Program-made: the position numbers and the translations under genes
Assembly (NCBI RefSeq): GCF_018977255.1
Contig: NW_024704743.1
Span: forward strand, 19,222,001-19,286,000
Direction of reading: 5' to 3'
DNA length: 64,000 nucleotides
Source of the DNA: Callorhinchus milii
Lineage: Eukaryota
In this document: positions 39,507 through 53,869 of the stretch, one piece after another
Layout: each line of letters starts with the position of its first letter
How positions within the stretch are numbered: the first letter of the stretch is position 1
The notes under the pieces: generated by a model
Told to the model about the DNA's origin: nothing
Database searches by the model: none
What the model saw: the letters and a program-made list of their open reading frames with translations, nothing else

Positions 39507-41999
39507 AGTAGCAGAATTGTGATGCTCTCACACAACATGGTGGGAATGCTTGAACCCTGCATTAAATCTTTTAAAAGGCCTTTCAGTTCTCAGGCTTCAA
39601 ACTCTAATCATTTCGCTAAATCCCGTAGCGTAGTGGTTAGCGCGCTCGCCTCTCAAGTGAGAGGACCTGGGTTTGATTCCCGGGCAGGATGAAATCTTGC
39701 TTAGAATAAGTTTCCTTACTCTACATATTTCTGTTTACCTAGATTATTACCCTCGCTTTCCGGGGGTAATAATCCCTTCAAAAAAATAAATAAAAATTGT
39801 GCTACTCAATTCACGACTGTATGTGGGACACTGCTGTGCGCAATTAGCTGCCAGGTTTTGCCCACAAAATACACAGTCAATCCACTTTACAATACACTCA
39901 GCAACGCGATAAGACTCTGTATCAAATGCAAGGATTATTGTTATTATTACAAGTGCAAGAAGATAATATCAACCTTTTTGCTCGCGAGAGTAAATAGTCT
40001 GGCATCAGCACACAAAACGGCAATTATCATCTTCATGATGAATATTGCAGAGCTATGAAGCTATAAATCCTTTTCCAATTATTCCGGATTTGATGTATCC
40101 CTGAAAAGGTCAAACCTTTTGATGTCTCAGACTTTGTTCTCTTCAGATGGATCTAGCTTCATTTTTGGGGGTGAAAGAGTGCAACTTAATAGTATTTTTG
40201 AAAATAATTTTGATGCTTCCTTTATAGAAGGGAAACATTTGCTCGAGAAAAAATTCTTCAGGAAATATTACAGGGAGCTATTTACCAATTCTAAGGCTAC
40301 TTTTGCTCCACAAAATACCAGTGGAAGAATTGCTCATTATATTTTGATCAAGTTTCAGTGTGTTATAGAGGAGGATACTGAATCATTTACTCCAGGTACT
40401 GTTGTATCCTCAAAGCAATGCTCTTGAACAAAGTCCTGCACAGTGCCTATAAACCAAGCATTGGTTATTAAAAAAACTATAATAAAGTAATTCAAATGTG
40501 TACCTCGTATTTTGAGAAAACATTTGAATGTAAAATAAATGTCTAAAACAAATTATTTGGTGTAACTTGTCTCTTGAGCATTGCTAGGAGTGAGCTAATC
40601 TTCCTGCCGCAGCAACTTTGTGGATGTGTGTTTACAATGGAAAAATCCAGGATGCTCAGAGGAGCATGAAATCCACTGCTAGAGATAGACGAGTAGAAGC
40701 CCTTGGGAAACCCTTCTGCTTTCTCCCCACAGGCGGTGTTTTTGAAATGGTGCTTGGAAACTACATTACTAAGAATAATAACTGTTCATAATTTTGTTTC
40801 ATTCTTTGAAACTCAAGAAACATGAGCAAAAAATTGTTATGGAACACTATTCTGATCTTTTACATATCCTTAAACGACATCAACAACAACTTTCATTTAT
40901 ATAGCACCTTTCACACATGATACATAATAATAAAATAATAATCCTTGCATTTCAGATAGCACCTTATCACGTCTTCGAAACATCTCAAAGCGTTTCACAG
41001 AATATACTGTGAAATGAATTTACTGTATATTTTGTGGGCTCTTAAAGTGGGATTTAAAGATAGATAATGAGGGGGGAAGGAAGAGGGGGGGGCGGGGGTA
41101 AGGAGGAGGGATTGAGGCAGAGTTCCAGAAGTTAGTGGGGTAGTGGCTAAAGGCATAACTGCCGAAAAAACAGTTTCAAAGGTAACAAGAGGGACAAGAA
41201 GCTCATTTGATCCATTGGATCTGCTCTCATTGTTTAATAGGTCATGTCAGATCTTTTAATTCCATTTTCCTCCTGTTCCTCATAGCCTGTAATAGCCTTC
41301 AGTAATAACAATTTCATTTATATAGTAATAAATCCTTGCACTTCGTATAGCACCTTTCACATCGGGAGGATGTCTCAAAGCCCTTCAAATGAAAGTGGAG
41401 TGACTGTTTTTTGTGGGCAAATGTGACAGTTTTACACACAGCAAACAGCCGTGAAGTGAATGATCAATTGTATTGGGGGATTATTGACCAGATAGCATCT
41501 TGACAAGATATTAATAATAATAATAATCCTTGCCTTTGCACCTCAACAATATGTCTCAAAGGATATATTATAGATTGCAGTGACTGTCCACCAATGTCCC
41601 ACAAATAGCCAAGAATCGAATGACCAATTTTATTTGGGAGACTGTTGACCAGGACACAGGGGGAATCTTCCTTTCTCAATAGTGCCACATGATCTTTAAA
41701 ATCCACCTGAACAGGCAGGTGGAACCTTGGTTTAACTCCTCATTCAAAGAATCGCACCTCTGCCTATTGCAACACTGTAGTTGCAAGCCTAGACTGTGAG
41801 CTCAAAGTGCCAAATTGCAGCTTGAATTCACAGCCTTCTGACCAGAGGTGACAGTGATACCGACTGAGCCAGACTGACACCTGTGGTATAATTGCAGTCA
41901 AGACGGCTGTAGTATAACTGAACCATAAATTGCCCCATTTTAGCTCAGACCTCAAAGAAGCGATCTGCTAATACACTTCTATTTATGTTCTCTTTGCAG

Positions 42000-42140
42000 C
42001 TCCGACATGTGACTTTGAATCCGGCCTTTGTGGATGGTACTCGGAAAAGACAAATCTCATGTGGCAGCAGAGAAAAGCCGCAGAAAATTCTGGAAGTACT
42101 ACAGCTCCGCTGAAGGATCACAGTACAAATACCCCAGCAG
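42000..42140 (+). CDS. MALRD1: Exon: MAM2 N-terminal part (PPTCDFESGLCGWYSEKTNLMWQQRKAAENSGSTTAPLKDHSTNTPA)
   Basis: tctttgcag|CT ... CAG|gtacat; CDFESGLCGW and PxxDHS motifs. Confidence 0.9.
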
Positions 42141-43544
42141 GTACATTCCGAAAAATTACGAAATTCCAAACAAAATAATGAACAATATTGTAGATATCTA
42201 GCTTGCCAAAAACACTATGGCAATGAATAGATCAACTTGCACTTGATGAAATTGTCTTAAACATTCTGTACTGTGGCGCAGTAAAGCATTACATTTTAGT
42301 TGTATTCATTATCAAAACTGCCTTGATATATATTCCAAAACAACACAAATTTCCAATATAGGAGAATTGGACTCTTACTGTCTTATAATTCCTTTGCGTA
42401 GACACTTTGATACTAATCACTTATGTCTGCCCACAAAACACACAGCCACTGCAGTCGATGTGAAAGGCGCTATACAAATGTATTTTTTGTTTCTTTATTT
42501 GTTTGTTATACCATGGACATCCTTTCGACATGAAAGGCACTATACCATTTGCTATATCTGTATAAGGATTATTATTTTAACAGAGTTAATAGGGACCCGT
42601 TTGAGAAAGGAGGGGGTCAAATGTGATACTTTTGTTAAGATTCAGAAAGAATTGACAAATATTGAATTCTGCTGATAACCAGTTACGGTTCAGGCCGACC
42701 TGAGGGACCTCACTGTTAAGACCTCTGGATAGAGATTGTGTTCCTACAAAGTTTGATATGAGACACATCAGATTACCGACAGGATTCCATATTCACAAAT
42801 ACTTTCCACTATCCTTTTTAGGAATTCTAATGTTTATGACCCTAACGTCAAAGTTTCTAACTTTGCATCAAGCATAATGCCGCAGCCAGGGATCTCATTT
42901 TATTTTCGAACAAGCAGTAATGAACTGGGTAAACTTTTCTCTCTAGAGGTGTTTGAAGAATTTAATAAGGTGGGAGTTAATTGGCTGTTTCAGCTTGTCG
43001 GTTAGTCCAAAACAAGGGCCATAAATACGCCTAATAATAATCCCTCCAAAAAACAAAAACAATAATAAATTGGTCATATTCAATCTACGACTGTTTGTGG
43101 GACATTGCTGTGCGCAATTGGCTGCCGCGTTCGCCCACAAATATACAGTCAATTCACTTTACAGTGTGTTCTGTGAAGCGCTTTGGGACGTCCTCCTGAC
43201 TTGAAAAGCACTATATCAAATGCAAGGATTATTATTATTATTAAGACAGCCAGTAGCAGATCTAAAAAGATTAGAAGGAAATTTTTTACACAGAGAGGAA
43301 CTCACTGAAGAATACTGTCCTGAAACAAAAAGTATATCAGTGTATCTAATATAATAATAATCCTTGTAATTGATATAGTGCCTCATCATGTCTTCGTGAT
43401 GTCTCAAAGCGCTTCACAGAATATATATAATATATACATGAGAGGAATCTTGATCCATAAATGAAAGGGAATAGGACTATGGAGTATAACACTGGCACAC
43501 ACTAGTGGGCTGGGTGGCCTGTTTCAGTGCCTTATCACTCTATC

Positions 43545-43916
43545 TGGAGTCCTGTAGTTCAGTGATTAGAGCATTTGCCTTGCAAGTGAGAGACCTGGCT
43601 TTGATTCCCGGTAGGGCGAAATGTTGGGCAAGTTTCCTTACTCCATACACCTCTGTTTACCTAGCAGTAAGTAGGAATCCGGTTATTAGTTGATTGACAT
43701 CTCACTTTTCTGGGGGGGTGATAATTCCTTAAAAAAATTCATAAATTGGTCACTTCAATCCATGACTGTTTGCGTGACACCGCTGTGCGCAATTGGATGC
43801 CACGTTTCACCCACTAAATACACAGTCAATTCACTTTACAGTATATTCTGTTAAGCACTTTGAGACATCTCGAAGATGTGATGGGGCACTACATCAAATG
43901 TAAGGATTATTATTAT
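43545..43916 (+). mobile_element. tRNA-derived SINE, longer subfamily with ctctgtttacctagcagtaagtaggaa insert (other copies ~3395-3700 -, ~28645-28950 -, ~31200-31560 +, ~39620-39950 +, ~49483-49832 +, ~55520-55908 -)
   Basis: Same head and tail as the short subfamily plus an extra internal segment. Confidence 0.8.
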
Positions 43917-43982
43917 TTTTAAATATGTGTAATTCTCTGTGAATCTACGAGTCAGACCCTGTTGTCTCATTTTACTTTGCAG

Positions 43983-44137
43983 GCCATTATATCTGGCTAG
44001 GAGCTCAGGACATCAATTCTTCCAGTCCTTCTCTCAAAAGTTCTGTGTATCACAACTCAGGGCCAAACTGTCGTCTAGAGTTCTATTATCAAATCAGTGG
44101 GAATCATGTCCTGACGATATCACTCCAAACATATGAG
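43983..44137 (+). CDS. MALRD1: Exon: MAM2 (GHYIWLGAQDINSSSPSLKSSVYHNSGPNCRLEFYYQISGNHVLTISLQTYE)
   Basis: ctttgcag|GC ... GAG|gtgagc; GHY...LxS...CxLxFYY motif; phase 1 to 0. Confidence 0.88.
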
Positions 44138-44966
44138 GTGAGCAGACCCCATTCTATCTCACTGCCCCCGCCTTAATTCCAGGACATTTCGTTTTAGATG
44201 AGTTTTAGCTTTCTACAGCTCAATATCAACAAGTCTAAGGCTCTCCTACTTGGCTCCTGCTTCAGATCACCACCTTCTCACCTCTGGTTATCAATCAAAC
44301 AATTGCATGGATACACAATTCGACTCGTGGGACCATTTGCTGAACCTTGGTGTCTCGTTCGACTGTCAACTGTCCTTTAAATCCTATGTTCAGGCTCTCA
44401 TTCTTTCCTTCCCTTTAAACCTTTTTTTACTGTAATTTCAGCCACCTTCCATGCTTTCCCCGCAGCTTGGGCTCCCAGTCATTTAAATAAAGTGCTTTGA
44501 GATGTTATCTTGATGTGGAAGACGCTATATAAATGTAAATTTGGTTTTGTAATTGGACATGGTTACTTCAAACTAGTACAGTGAGACAGAATTAATCCTG
44601 GAATTAATCCTGATCCTTATTTACTTATTTACTGATGCTTAAATCTTATTCATATTAGTTTATCATTAATATTCCTTTGGTGCCAATTTGATACTTTGCT
44701 GTGAAGCTCATCACTATATTCAGTATGTAGGCAGCAGTGGAATATTACGACATTTGATGTAATAATTATCACATAGTTGAAAACTACAGTAGGGCCATTT
44801 GATAACTGAAGACTGACTTTGAGAGTGAATGATCCCACTGCCAACCTCTATATAAATAAGACCGCTATATAAATGCAAATTATTGTTGTTCAGTGCTGCT
44901 TTACACCGGAATATTGCCTGAGTTAATCCACATCTTTTACAAGTATTTTCATTCGGTAATTTACAG

Positions 44967-45059
44967 GAAGGGAAAATACTCTGGGAGGAAAGGGAATCAA
45001 CAGAAAACCGATGGATTCAAGCAGAAGTGCATCTGTCGACTTGCCTTAACCAATTCCAG
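44967..45059 (+). CDS. MALRD1: Exon: MAM2 (EGKILWEERESTENRWIQAEVHLSTCLNQFQ)
   Basis: tttacag|GAA ... CAG|gtgatt; 93 nt, phase 0-0; LW...W..A.V.L...FQ motif. Confidence 0.86.
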
Positions 45060-47239
45060 GTGATTATGTTCAGTCATTAAATCATTTTTTTACGTTGGTA
45101 AAAGCTTTATGACACCAGTTGTTAATGTGCACTTAGGGCCTAGACTTTCCCTTTCAGCATGTTGACACACTTACTATCAGACAAGAATTAGCATGGAAAT
45201 TACAAAGGTTTCAGGTTCAACTTGACCTATTTTATAGGAGTTTGGGTTCAATCCCAATGTTGAGTCTCTAAGTTCATAGTGTAAGGGGCTGACATTGCAA
45301 CACAGTGCTGGTGTGTGCAGCATTATCGGGGGTGTCATACTTCAGCTGAAATGCTAAACTGAGGTCCTGTCTGCCTGTTTAGGTGATGTAAAAACACCCT
45401 TTGGCACAATTTGAAAAGAGAAAAGAATTTTTCCCAGTGTCTTGGCCAACAATCTTCCATGTAACCTATTCACTTCATGGCTGTTAGTGAGACATTGTTA
45501 TGTGCATATCAGCTGCAACATTTACCAAAAAAAATACAGTCGCTACCCTTGATAGTAAATCCTGAGATATTTCAATTACATTATAAGAACAGTAATAAAT
45601 CTTCATTATTATATACTGTTCATTTCTCTATCCTTTGCTGATTCAACTCCTGTGGATTGTGTTCAGATTTCTGGCATTTGTAGTTATTTTACTAAATCTC
45701 AATTGTACAATATTCCATTATAAATATGTAGGATTTTAGAGCAAGGACTGAAATTGCAACTTGTATTTTCTCTTGCCTTTCTTTATGCATGATTCCACAT
45801 ATTCATTAAAATAATAATAAAACATATTGGACTAAATCACCTGCATAAGCTCTCGAGAACTTTAGTTGTCAGCTCATAAAAAATGAGGGGTTGTTTGGGT
45901 TGTTAGCTGCACTGTACAAAACCTGAAGCACTTTGATAGAGAAATGTACATTGTATAATGTTGAATATTTATTATTGTTCGTGTAATGTAATTGAAATAT
46001 CTCAAAGTGCTACTCAGGATTTACTGCAAAGTATAGCGACTGTGTTCTTAGGAGAATGTTGCAGAAAATTTGCACAAAGCATTGTCCCCAAATCAGGGAA
46101 GGGATTTTACATGGAGGATTGATGGTCTTATACTTCAATTTCCTATAGAAATGCTGTGCTTTCTAACCATCCTCTGTCAAGAAGCAAAGCTCTTGTCTCT
46201 CCCCCCACCCACCAATCTACAGGAAAGCATTGAAGTTGACAGACCCATGATTCAAGATTTATTTTAATGAGCCCTTGAAGGCTCCATAAGGAAGCTGCCC
46301 TGTCTGTCCACCTGTCTTTGTGTCACTGTGTTTGTAATAGAGATCAACAGCAGCCTTAATATCTCACCTACATCAGTGAAACTCAAAGATGTTTTACACT
46401 AAAAGCTATTTTAATTGTTAAATAAAATTTATAATGTATTGTACTCTGAGATAACAAGTGCAAGGGTCAAGAGATTTAAAGGGACATGATCAGTAAGCGG
46501 TGGCAGTAGGGGACATTTTATCCCTGTAAGGAAAATTATCATAACTTTCTGACAAGTGGAAAGGTACATTTTGAACATTACAGACATTTATCGCAGCTGA
46601 TATGGAAGAAGGGCTTTCTCGATTTGCAGGATGAGTGAGATTTTGCAGTAACAATCCACACTGTTGAAATAGTACTTAAATCTCTTTAATGTATCAATTA
46701 TAGGGGATGAGATTCAGCCCATGTGCAATGCATTACGGCTCATACAAAATATATTTCTGCTCAAAGCATGTGATGTCTCAGAACTGTGGGTAGAGCGTGA
46801 AGGGAATACCAACCTAAGGCCCTGAAGATCACTAAAGTTAGCTTGAAGTCAAGTTTATCAATAAAACTAACACATTTTAGGAAATTCTGTGTATTGTATT
46901 TGATCAAAACAAAATACAAATGAGATGCTCTTTTGTGGCTCTGCTTTGCTTAGCCATAGATATTGTGCATTGTAACATCGGAGTTTAGCATGCAACATTA
47001 TGATGATCATTCACTTCGATGGCTGTTTGTGGGATGATGCTGCAAGCAAATTGGCTGCTCCATTTGCCTACAGAATACACAGTCATTACACTTTCCAGTA
47101 AATCCTGTGAAGTACATCGTGACGTCCTTCCAAAGTGAAAGATGCTATGTAAAATTCAAGGATTATTACTGATATATGAACACGTAATGAAATGATCAGT
47201 ATTTATCATGATCAGAAACATTATTTCAGTGAGAGAGTC

Positions 47240-47400
47240 ATAACATAACATGTAGGAGCAGGAGTAGGCCATTCGGCCCTTCGAGCCTGCCCCGCTATCT
47301 TCTGATCTTCTGATCTTCTAATTTAACTCCTAATAACCTGACCCTGCCTTATCCCCATATCCCTTAATTCCTTTTGCAATAAGAAATCTATCTATCATAA
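47240..47400 (-). mobile_element. CR1 3' end fragment
   Basis: taggagcaggagtaggccattcggcccttcgagcctgc...ccccatatccctt, the reverse of the 39119-39506 tail. Confidence 0.75.
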
Positions 47401-48543
47401 ATTTACAGAACAGGCTCCCTAGGGAGACAGTGAAAGCAGAAAATGTCATTTGTTTCAAGAACAAATCAGACAGATTTATGCTAGAAAATAATATCCTGGG
47501 ATACAGTATGTAGTCTGGGACACAACATGTCACGTGACTGCCAGGATGGCGAAGTAGATGGACCTTGGTCTTCTTTTGCCTAGTAAATTCGTATGTTCTT
47601 ATGTTTTTATGATCAGAGCATGATTGACCCCATTATCTAGTTTAAAAAAATAGTGCAGAGCGCACTTGCCAGGAAACTACAGCAAAAAGTGAAAGCACTT
47701 CCCTGAATTAGACTTGAGTGAGCACCAAGATAAAAATCTGGTTATTGAAATATTGGGAAACAAATCTATATTAATCAAATGTGTTATCAATCTGTTATGA
47801 AATGTTGCACTTGATCATCTATCCCTTAAACACTTTCCATTGGGGTGAACTCTTCATCTCACTTGGCTGCAGCCCCATAGATTAGTCCAAAACTGGTTTG
47901 TGATATTATTCAGCCATTTTGATCAGGTGCCAGTGAGGATCTGATTTTTTTTAAGCCCTGGAAGTTGAATCCCGTTTCACGCTATATTAGACAAAAGTCT
48001 CAAGGTGGGTTCAAAATGAAAAGTGACCGTCTTTTTAAAAAAAAACACTCGTCTAAAACACAAAGGAAAATCACTGATTGCAACCATGGTATTGATCCTG
48101 TTTTTAACTGCTCTAAAATACTGATCCAGCAATACATCACTTGCTCCCCCTGGAATGCCAATCTAAAATCCTGATTTGGGGGTTGAAGATTTGAACCCAC
48201 AACATCTGACCCAGAGGCTGCAATGTTACCCAATGGTTTGAGTCATCAAGGGGAGCTGTCATATACTTTTCAGATGTTGTTTCAATGCTATGCAAAGTAA
48301 AGTCTGCCGCACTCAGCTTTTAGTATTGCAAAACCAAAATGAAAATTGAGACAAGATTTTAAATTGTACTGATCTACATTTCAGGTTACGCCAATTTTTT
48401 TTAAATGTAGAACTTGATGGAAATCATAATTAATTTAGCCGACCGGGTTAAGCAGTGTAAGAGAATTGATTGCAAGCTGAGATGTATTAAGGCCATTGAC
48501 ATGATCCACTCTGTATCTAATTTCTGTCCCTATCTCTCCCTAG

Positions 48544-48751
48544 GTTATCTTTACAGGTTCTGTTCAAAGCACAATTGGCTTCTTGGCCCTGGATAGTTTG
48601 CGGTTCAATGACTGTGAATTGGCGCCATACCCAGAACCTTGCCAGCCTTTCACTTTTGGTTGTGATACAGGCCTCTGCATCCCAATCAGTTCAGTCTGTG
48701 ACTTCCAGACTGACTGTTGTGATGGTGCGGATGAAGAATTAACAACGTGCA
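48544..48751 (+). CDS. MALRD1: Exon: MAM2 end plus LDLa repeat 3 (VIFTGSVQSTIGFLALDSLRFNDCELAPYPEPCQPFTFGCDTGLCIPISSVCDFQTDCCDGADEELTTC)
   Basis: ctccctag|GTT ... A|gtaagt; ALD...C followed by a canonical LDLa. Confidence 0.9.
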
Positions 48752-50243
48752 GTAAGTCACTCATGTTTTTATGGTTTGGTATTTTACTATTACTTTTCAT
48801 TGGCTTGAATTTTTCAACCTCACTGTTGTGTCAGGAGAACTGTAGGAAATATTAGATGTACCAATTACATTACAGTGCAATGTATGACACAGCCAGCTTC
48901 CTCGGCGTGACCACTGAGTGGTACAAATTGAGGAAATGGCTAGCAGTTACGGCAAATAAGGAAATGAGAGATTTAAAGACATTGACCAACAATACATTCA
49001 AAGAGATATTGTTCTGAAGGTAGGAAAAGTTTTTGAAAGAGACTAGCAGAGGCCTTCTTCGTGTTCCTCACCAGATCTGCCTCACCGTCTGTAGATAAAC
49101 ATTCAGACAATTTGTTCCCGCTCTCTGATGTCAATCTCGAAGTCGCTCCAGCTCGCTCCTTTTCTCTCTGCCTTCAACCCCCCCATTAAGACCTATCTCT
49201 CAATTGCTCTTTCAACCACTTTCTCCCCATCTTAACTTCCCCTTCCCCTCGAGTCAGCCATGTGAAACAGTTTAAGACAGCTTCCCAACATGAAAGGTGC
49301 AACATAGACGTAAGTTCTTTTTGTTGTTCATCTGTATTACTGTGAGATAACAGAACTTGAATGGACTCCACTTAGGGATTGCAATCTCGGGATTTCGGGA
49401 GCACATAAAATACTATATCGGATTCTGGAAAGGGAAAGGTGGAAGGGGATGGTAGGCCTTCCTTATTCATTGGAAGCATTGTTGAATCCTGTAGTTCAGT
49501 GGTTAGAGCACTTGCCTCGCGAGCGAGAGGACCTGGGTTCGATTGCTGGCAGGGTGAAATGTTGGGCAAACTTCCTTAGTCCACACGCCTCTGCTTACCT
49601 CGCAGTAAGTAGGAACCTGGTTGTTAGTCGATTGGTGGATTGCTTTTCCGGGGCCAATAATTCATTTAAAAAAAATTTGGTCACTTAATCCATGAGTGCT
49701 TGTGGAATACTGCTGTTCGCAATTAGCTGCCACATTTTGCCCACAAAACAATCAATTCACTTTACAGTATATTCTGTGAAGCGCTTTGAGATGTCTAGAA
49801 GACGTGATATCAAAGCAAGGATTATTATTATTAAGCATTGGTGTGGAGAATGACCAAAGGCATCCTGGACAAGGTAAGATTTGGGATCTTGGAATCAGGG
49901 ATGTGGAGCATTAAAATTCTGGTATTCCAAAAGAGCATCGCATTCCAACCCCGAGCTCCATTGCCTCTTTGGCTCAGTCTCAATAAGCAGCCAGAGAGGT
50001 TTATGGAATCAGACCCAAATGATGATTGATCCAGAACTTGATGTGAGTGAGACTGTCAAGCAGTGGTGGAATTGAGGGTAGATAAATTGTAATGAATAAA
50101 CAAGCATGTGGCTGAAATGCAACCCAAGTGAGGATACTCCACTGAAGCAGGAATTTGGCACATTTCTTGTACAGAATAAAGAGAGCTTACCTCTGTGACA
50201 TTGGCACTCCCTCCAGACAACTTCAGCACAATAGTTGGGACTG

Positions 50244-50302
50244 AAGATTTCAGCCCTAAAAGATTTCAGCCCTAAAAGATTTCAGCCCTTGAAGATTTCA
50301 GC
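50244..50302. repeat. 16-bp minisatellite (aagatttcagccctaa) x ~3.7
   Basis: Units start at 50244, 50260, 50276 and 50292. Confidence 0.9.
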
Positions 50303-51724
50303 ACTCCATTTGTTGTTCCTGATTTGGGATCTTGGAGAGCTTAGATTCAGTACAGCTAAAAATAGGATACAGGCTTAATTCAATCAATATCCTGGAAGGT
50401 ACAACTGAAACACCAGTTCTGGGAATCTATGATGGAGTGAAAATGTATGGCCAGACTCCCTCCACTTCGCCCTCATTCAACGACCTTTAAAAGCCACCTG
50501 AAGGCCTATTGTTTTGATTATGCTTTTGCTCCACTTTGCTCCCCTCAATCCTCCGCAGCCCCCCCCATCCTCCAGCTCAGGCTCCCACTCAGCTGTGTGA
50601 AGTGCCTTAAACTGTTGTGCGAACGTCAGAGGCTCTATATAAATGTATTTGTTGTTGATTTGGTAAAGACAGGTTTGGATGGTACTATTTGACAAAATGA
50701 TAAGTATCACTGGATATAATTATTTTCTACCCCAATTTGCCTCTATTGCTTATCACATATGGAAGGAAAATGTTTTGCTGCAAATTTGTAAAGCTGAGTG
50801 TTTGCCTTAATATAAGTTACACTTTACATTTATATAGTGACATTCAAGTTAGGAGGACATCTCAAAGTGCTATACACAGCTGGCTGGACAACTGAGCCAC
50901 ATTGGGGAGTAAGATGATCGTAGTGAAAGAGGCAAGACTTGAGGTGGGTTTTGAAAGTGGAAGGGCAGGCATAAGTTGGAGGCAGGGGGCAGAATAGTTA
51001 AAAGGGGCATAGTGCAAGGGACATGATGCTATTGTTTGCTGAGCGAAGGTAAAGTTATAGGGACAAAATAAAAGTGGATAGCAAGTCTAAATACAAAGTC
51101 CTGGAAATCACAAAGGATAAAGAGGACACTTATTAGTGCATGAATGCAGCCAGACTTCCTGGCATTGCTACAGCTCATTAGCTCAACTGTCAGACAATTT
51201 CACCTACAGTCAAAACAAATTGTTGTGTTTGTTAATGTGCTTAGTGATGATAAGCCCCTCATTACTTGAGCAATCATGGAAGTAAGCACGAGTAAGTTTT
51301 CCATTATTCTTGTGATATTGCCCTGTTTAGGGATTGATTTTACTTCCTTTGCACGCTACATTTTTGGCATGTAATTTGTGCTACAGTCCAAGAGTACAAC
51401 AGCAGCAAAAATTTGCATTTTTATAATGCCCTTCACACGGGTTAGCACTCTTAACAGTGGTGGAGCTTGACACTGAGCCAGGGAAGGGGATAGGTGACTG
51501 TAAGCCAATAATACAGCATAATACATGTCTCCGGCCATCACTTTGCCCTCATTGCTCATGCTTGTGCTCCAGTTCACTGCACAAACATGGCAACTTTATT
51601 TTTACATTCTGGAAATCCAAGAAAGGGTTTGGTTGCTGCTTTACTATGATAGATACATTATACATTTCTTACTTGGCTTGTTTCACAATTCAGCCTTGTT
51701 AACCTTGACCATAGACAATTATTA

Positions 51725-52140
51725 CAACAACAACAACAACTTATAGCGCCCTCCATGCAGGGCATCGTCTCAAAGCGCTTAACAAAATGGCGAAGCCTGA
51801 CTCCGAGCTGGGAGTGGGTGGGTTGACCGTGAGCACGGTCGAAGAGGAAGATTTTAAGGTGGGACTTGAGAAAGGGGAGAGAGAGGCAAGGCAGAGGGAC
51901 TGAGAGAGAGTGTTCCAAGGTTTTGTGGCGTAGTGGCTGGAAGTGCAATGGTGGAGCATAGGCTGCAAAGAACGAGCAGGAGGCCAGTGCTAGTCGAGTG
52001 GAGACACTGGGTGGTGGATTGAGGTAGGAGGCCAGAGAGGTAGGGAGGTGCCAGGGAGTGAAGCAATTTGAAAACATGTTTGAGGATCTTGAAGTCAATT
52101 CGTTTGGTAATGGGGAGCCAGTGGAGCCTGGCCAGAAATC
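51725..52140 (-). mobile_element. L2 LINE 3' fragment
   Basis: LHWLPI..RIDFKI, LAPPYLS motifs on the minus strand; (caa)n tail. Confidence 0.8.
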
Positions 52141-52653
52141 ATGTAACTTAAACGAGTGAGTTAAAAGTATGCAAATACTGCAGAGTAAGAGATGGGTGAA
52201 ATGAGCAGCGGTGAATTCTAAGGCAGTGATTGAATCAAGCAGATCTTAGCATGTCAGAAGCCCAAGACCAATGATCTACCCCAACCTTATTGCCAACACT
52301 TGGCCATTCACTGTATTATAGAAAATATAGCTCACAATTTATTTATCATTAGATAGGAATTGTTTTTAACCTTTGCTGCACAATGAAATAAAGATAGATG
52401 TTAGTTAGCGTTCCATTTGAGGGCAGAATATTGATGAATGAAGGATTAAGAGTGGAGCTGTCTCTTTCACAATGTACCAGCTTGGTTCCTAGTCCATCAT
52501 GTGAAGTGTTTTAAATGTCCTCCCAATGTGATAGGTATCATATAAATGTAAATTGTTGTTGTACTATGAAGGAGCAGATGGAGACTGAGGGTGACATAAG
52601 TTCATGTTTTGAATAAGGTAAACATGGCTCACTCTCTTTTTCCTGCATTCCAG

Positions 52654-52800
52654 CAAATTACACCATGTGCAGCTTTGAGACCAATTTCTGTGACTGGAAG
52701 CAGTTGAACACTGATGGTTTTGACTGGGCTAGAGGATCAGCCCAAACATCTCCAGGTTCTGGGTTACCAAAGGCAGATCACACAACTAAGATTGACAAAG
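52654..52800 (+). CDS. MALRD1: Exon: MAM3 N-terminal part (TNYTMCSFETNFCDWKQLNTDGFDWARGSAQTSPGSGLPKADHTTKIDK)
   Basis: cattccag|CA ... AAG|gtgagt; CSFE..FCDW...FDW...P..DHT motifs. Confidence 0.9.
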
Positions 52801-53869
52801 GTGAGTAGGTTCCTAGCATCAAATCATAAGACCACAAGAATGATTGAAATGATGAAGTCCCATTATAATTACAGGTGCACATGGGACCCACAAGTCTAAG
52901 CTTGCTAGATTTCATCAGTAGAGGAGAACCCTGTTATAAGCTGCTTCACTGTACTGTAAGGTCTTTTATAAAGCAGTTGACGTTTGAACATGTTTTATTC
53001 CAGAGACATCCACAGTCTTGACAATTGAACTCACAGCTAGTGTCAGTACCACTGATAATCAGAACCCTACTGTCACTTGCCTGCTTCTTCTCCCTGGAAC
53101 TGGGCGATCTGAAAATGGATGGTTCTGGTGATGTACACACATGAAATGAGGAACAGGAAGTTTGCCACAAGTAGCTATTGAAGCTGCATCACTAGAATCG
53201 GCTAAAAAGGGAACTGAATAAGAATCTGAGCAGTAAAAACATTTCAAGATTAGAGGAGAGAATTTAGAAAATGGGATTAATAAAAAAAGGTGATTTGAAA
53301 AAACAGGTAACATTGGCACAGGCACAAATGGCCCTCTCCTGCATGTCTATGTTTTTGTAACGTACTGAACTATGAAAGCGGTTCATAATAATCATCTGAC
53401 AAGATCATAGACAAGTGGTGCCTACAGTGTTATTCCAAAGTTACTCCAGTAATCATCGTGGTTCAAGGTAACTAAATATTTAGTAACCCTGATGGATGGT
53501 TTATTTATTTTATCTACTACAGCAGCCAGTTTAGGATAAACTACTTGAACAGTACCTCTATTTTCTGAGCTTCAGCATTAGAAAACTGAAACAAAATACA
53601 AGGTCATATGCGCAGGGCTGAATTTGCAATGTCTAGTCTCTAGACATTTGCTGCAAAAAAATCTCTTTTTTACAGTTATCTTCATTTCTTTCATCTGGTT
53701 TAAAGGGGAAGCTGTTACTGTGGTAAAATCCCGGCAAGAATTGTTCATATTGGGTATTGGCCTGTTCCTTTAAATAAAATGGCCCCAGAGAAATACAAAT
53801 GAAAAGCTATATTTTTGTGTTAGTGCATCATTGTTTCATTGCTTGTGTGTGGATGTTTACGGGGTAAAC

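Noticed and set aside
50244..50302. Short direct-repeat array considered as CRISPR-like
   Set aside because: Head-to-tail 16-bp units with no spacers, in a vertebrate intron; it is a minisatellite.
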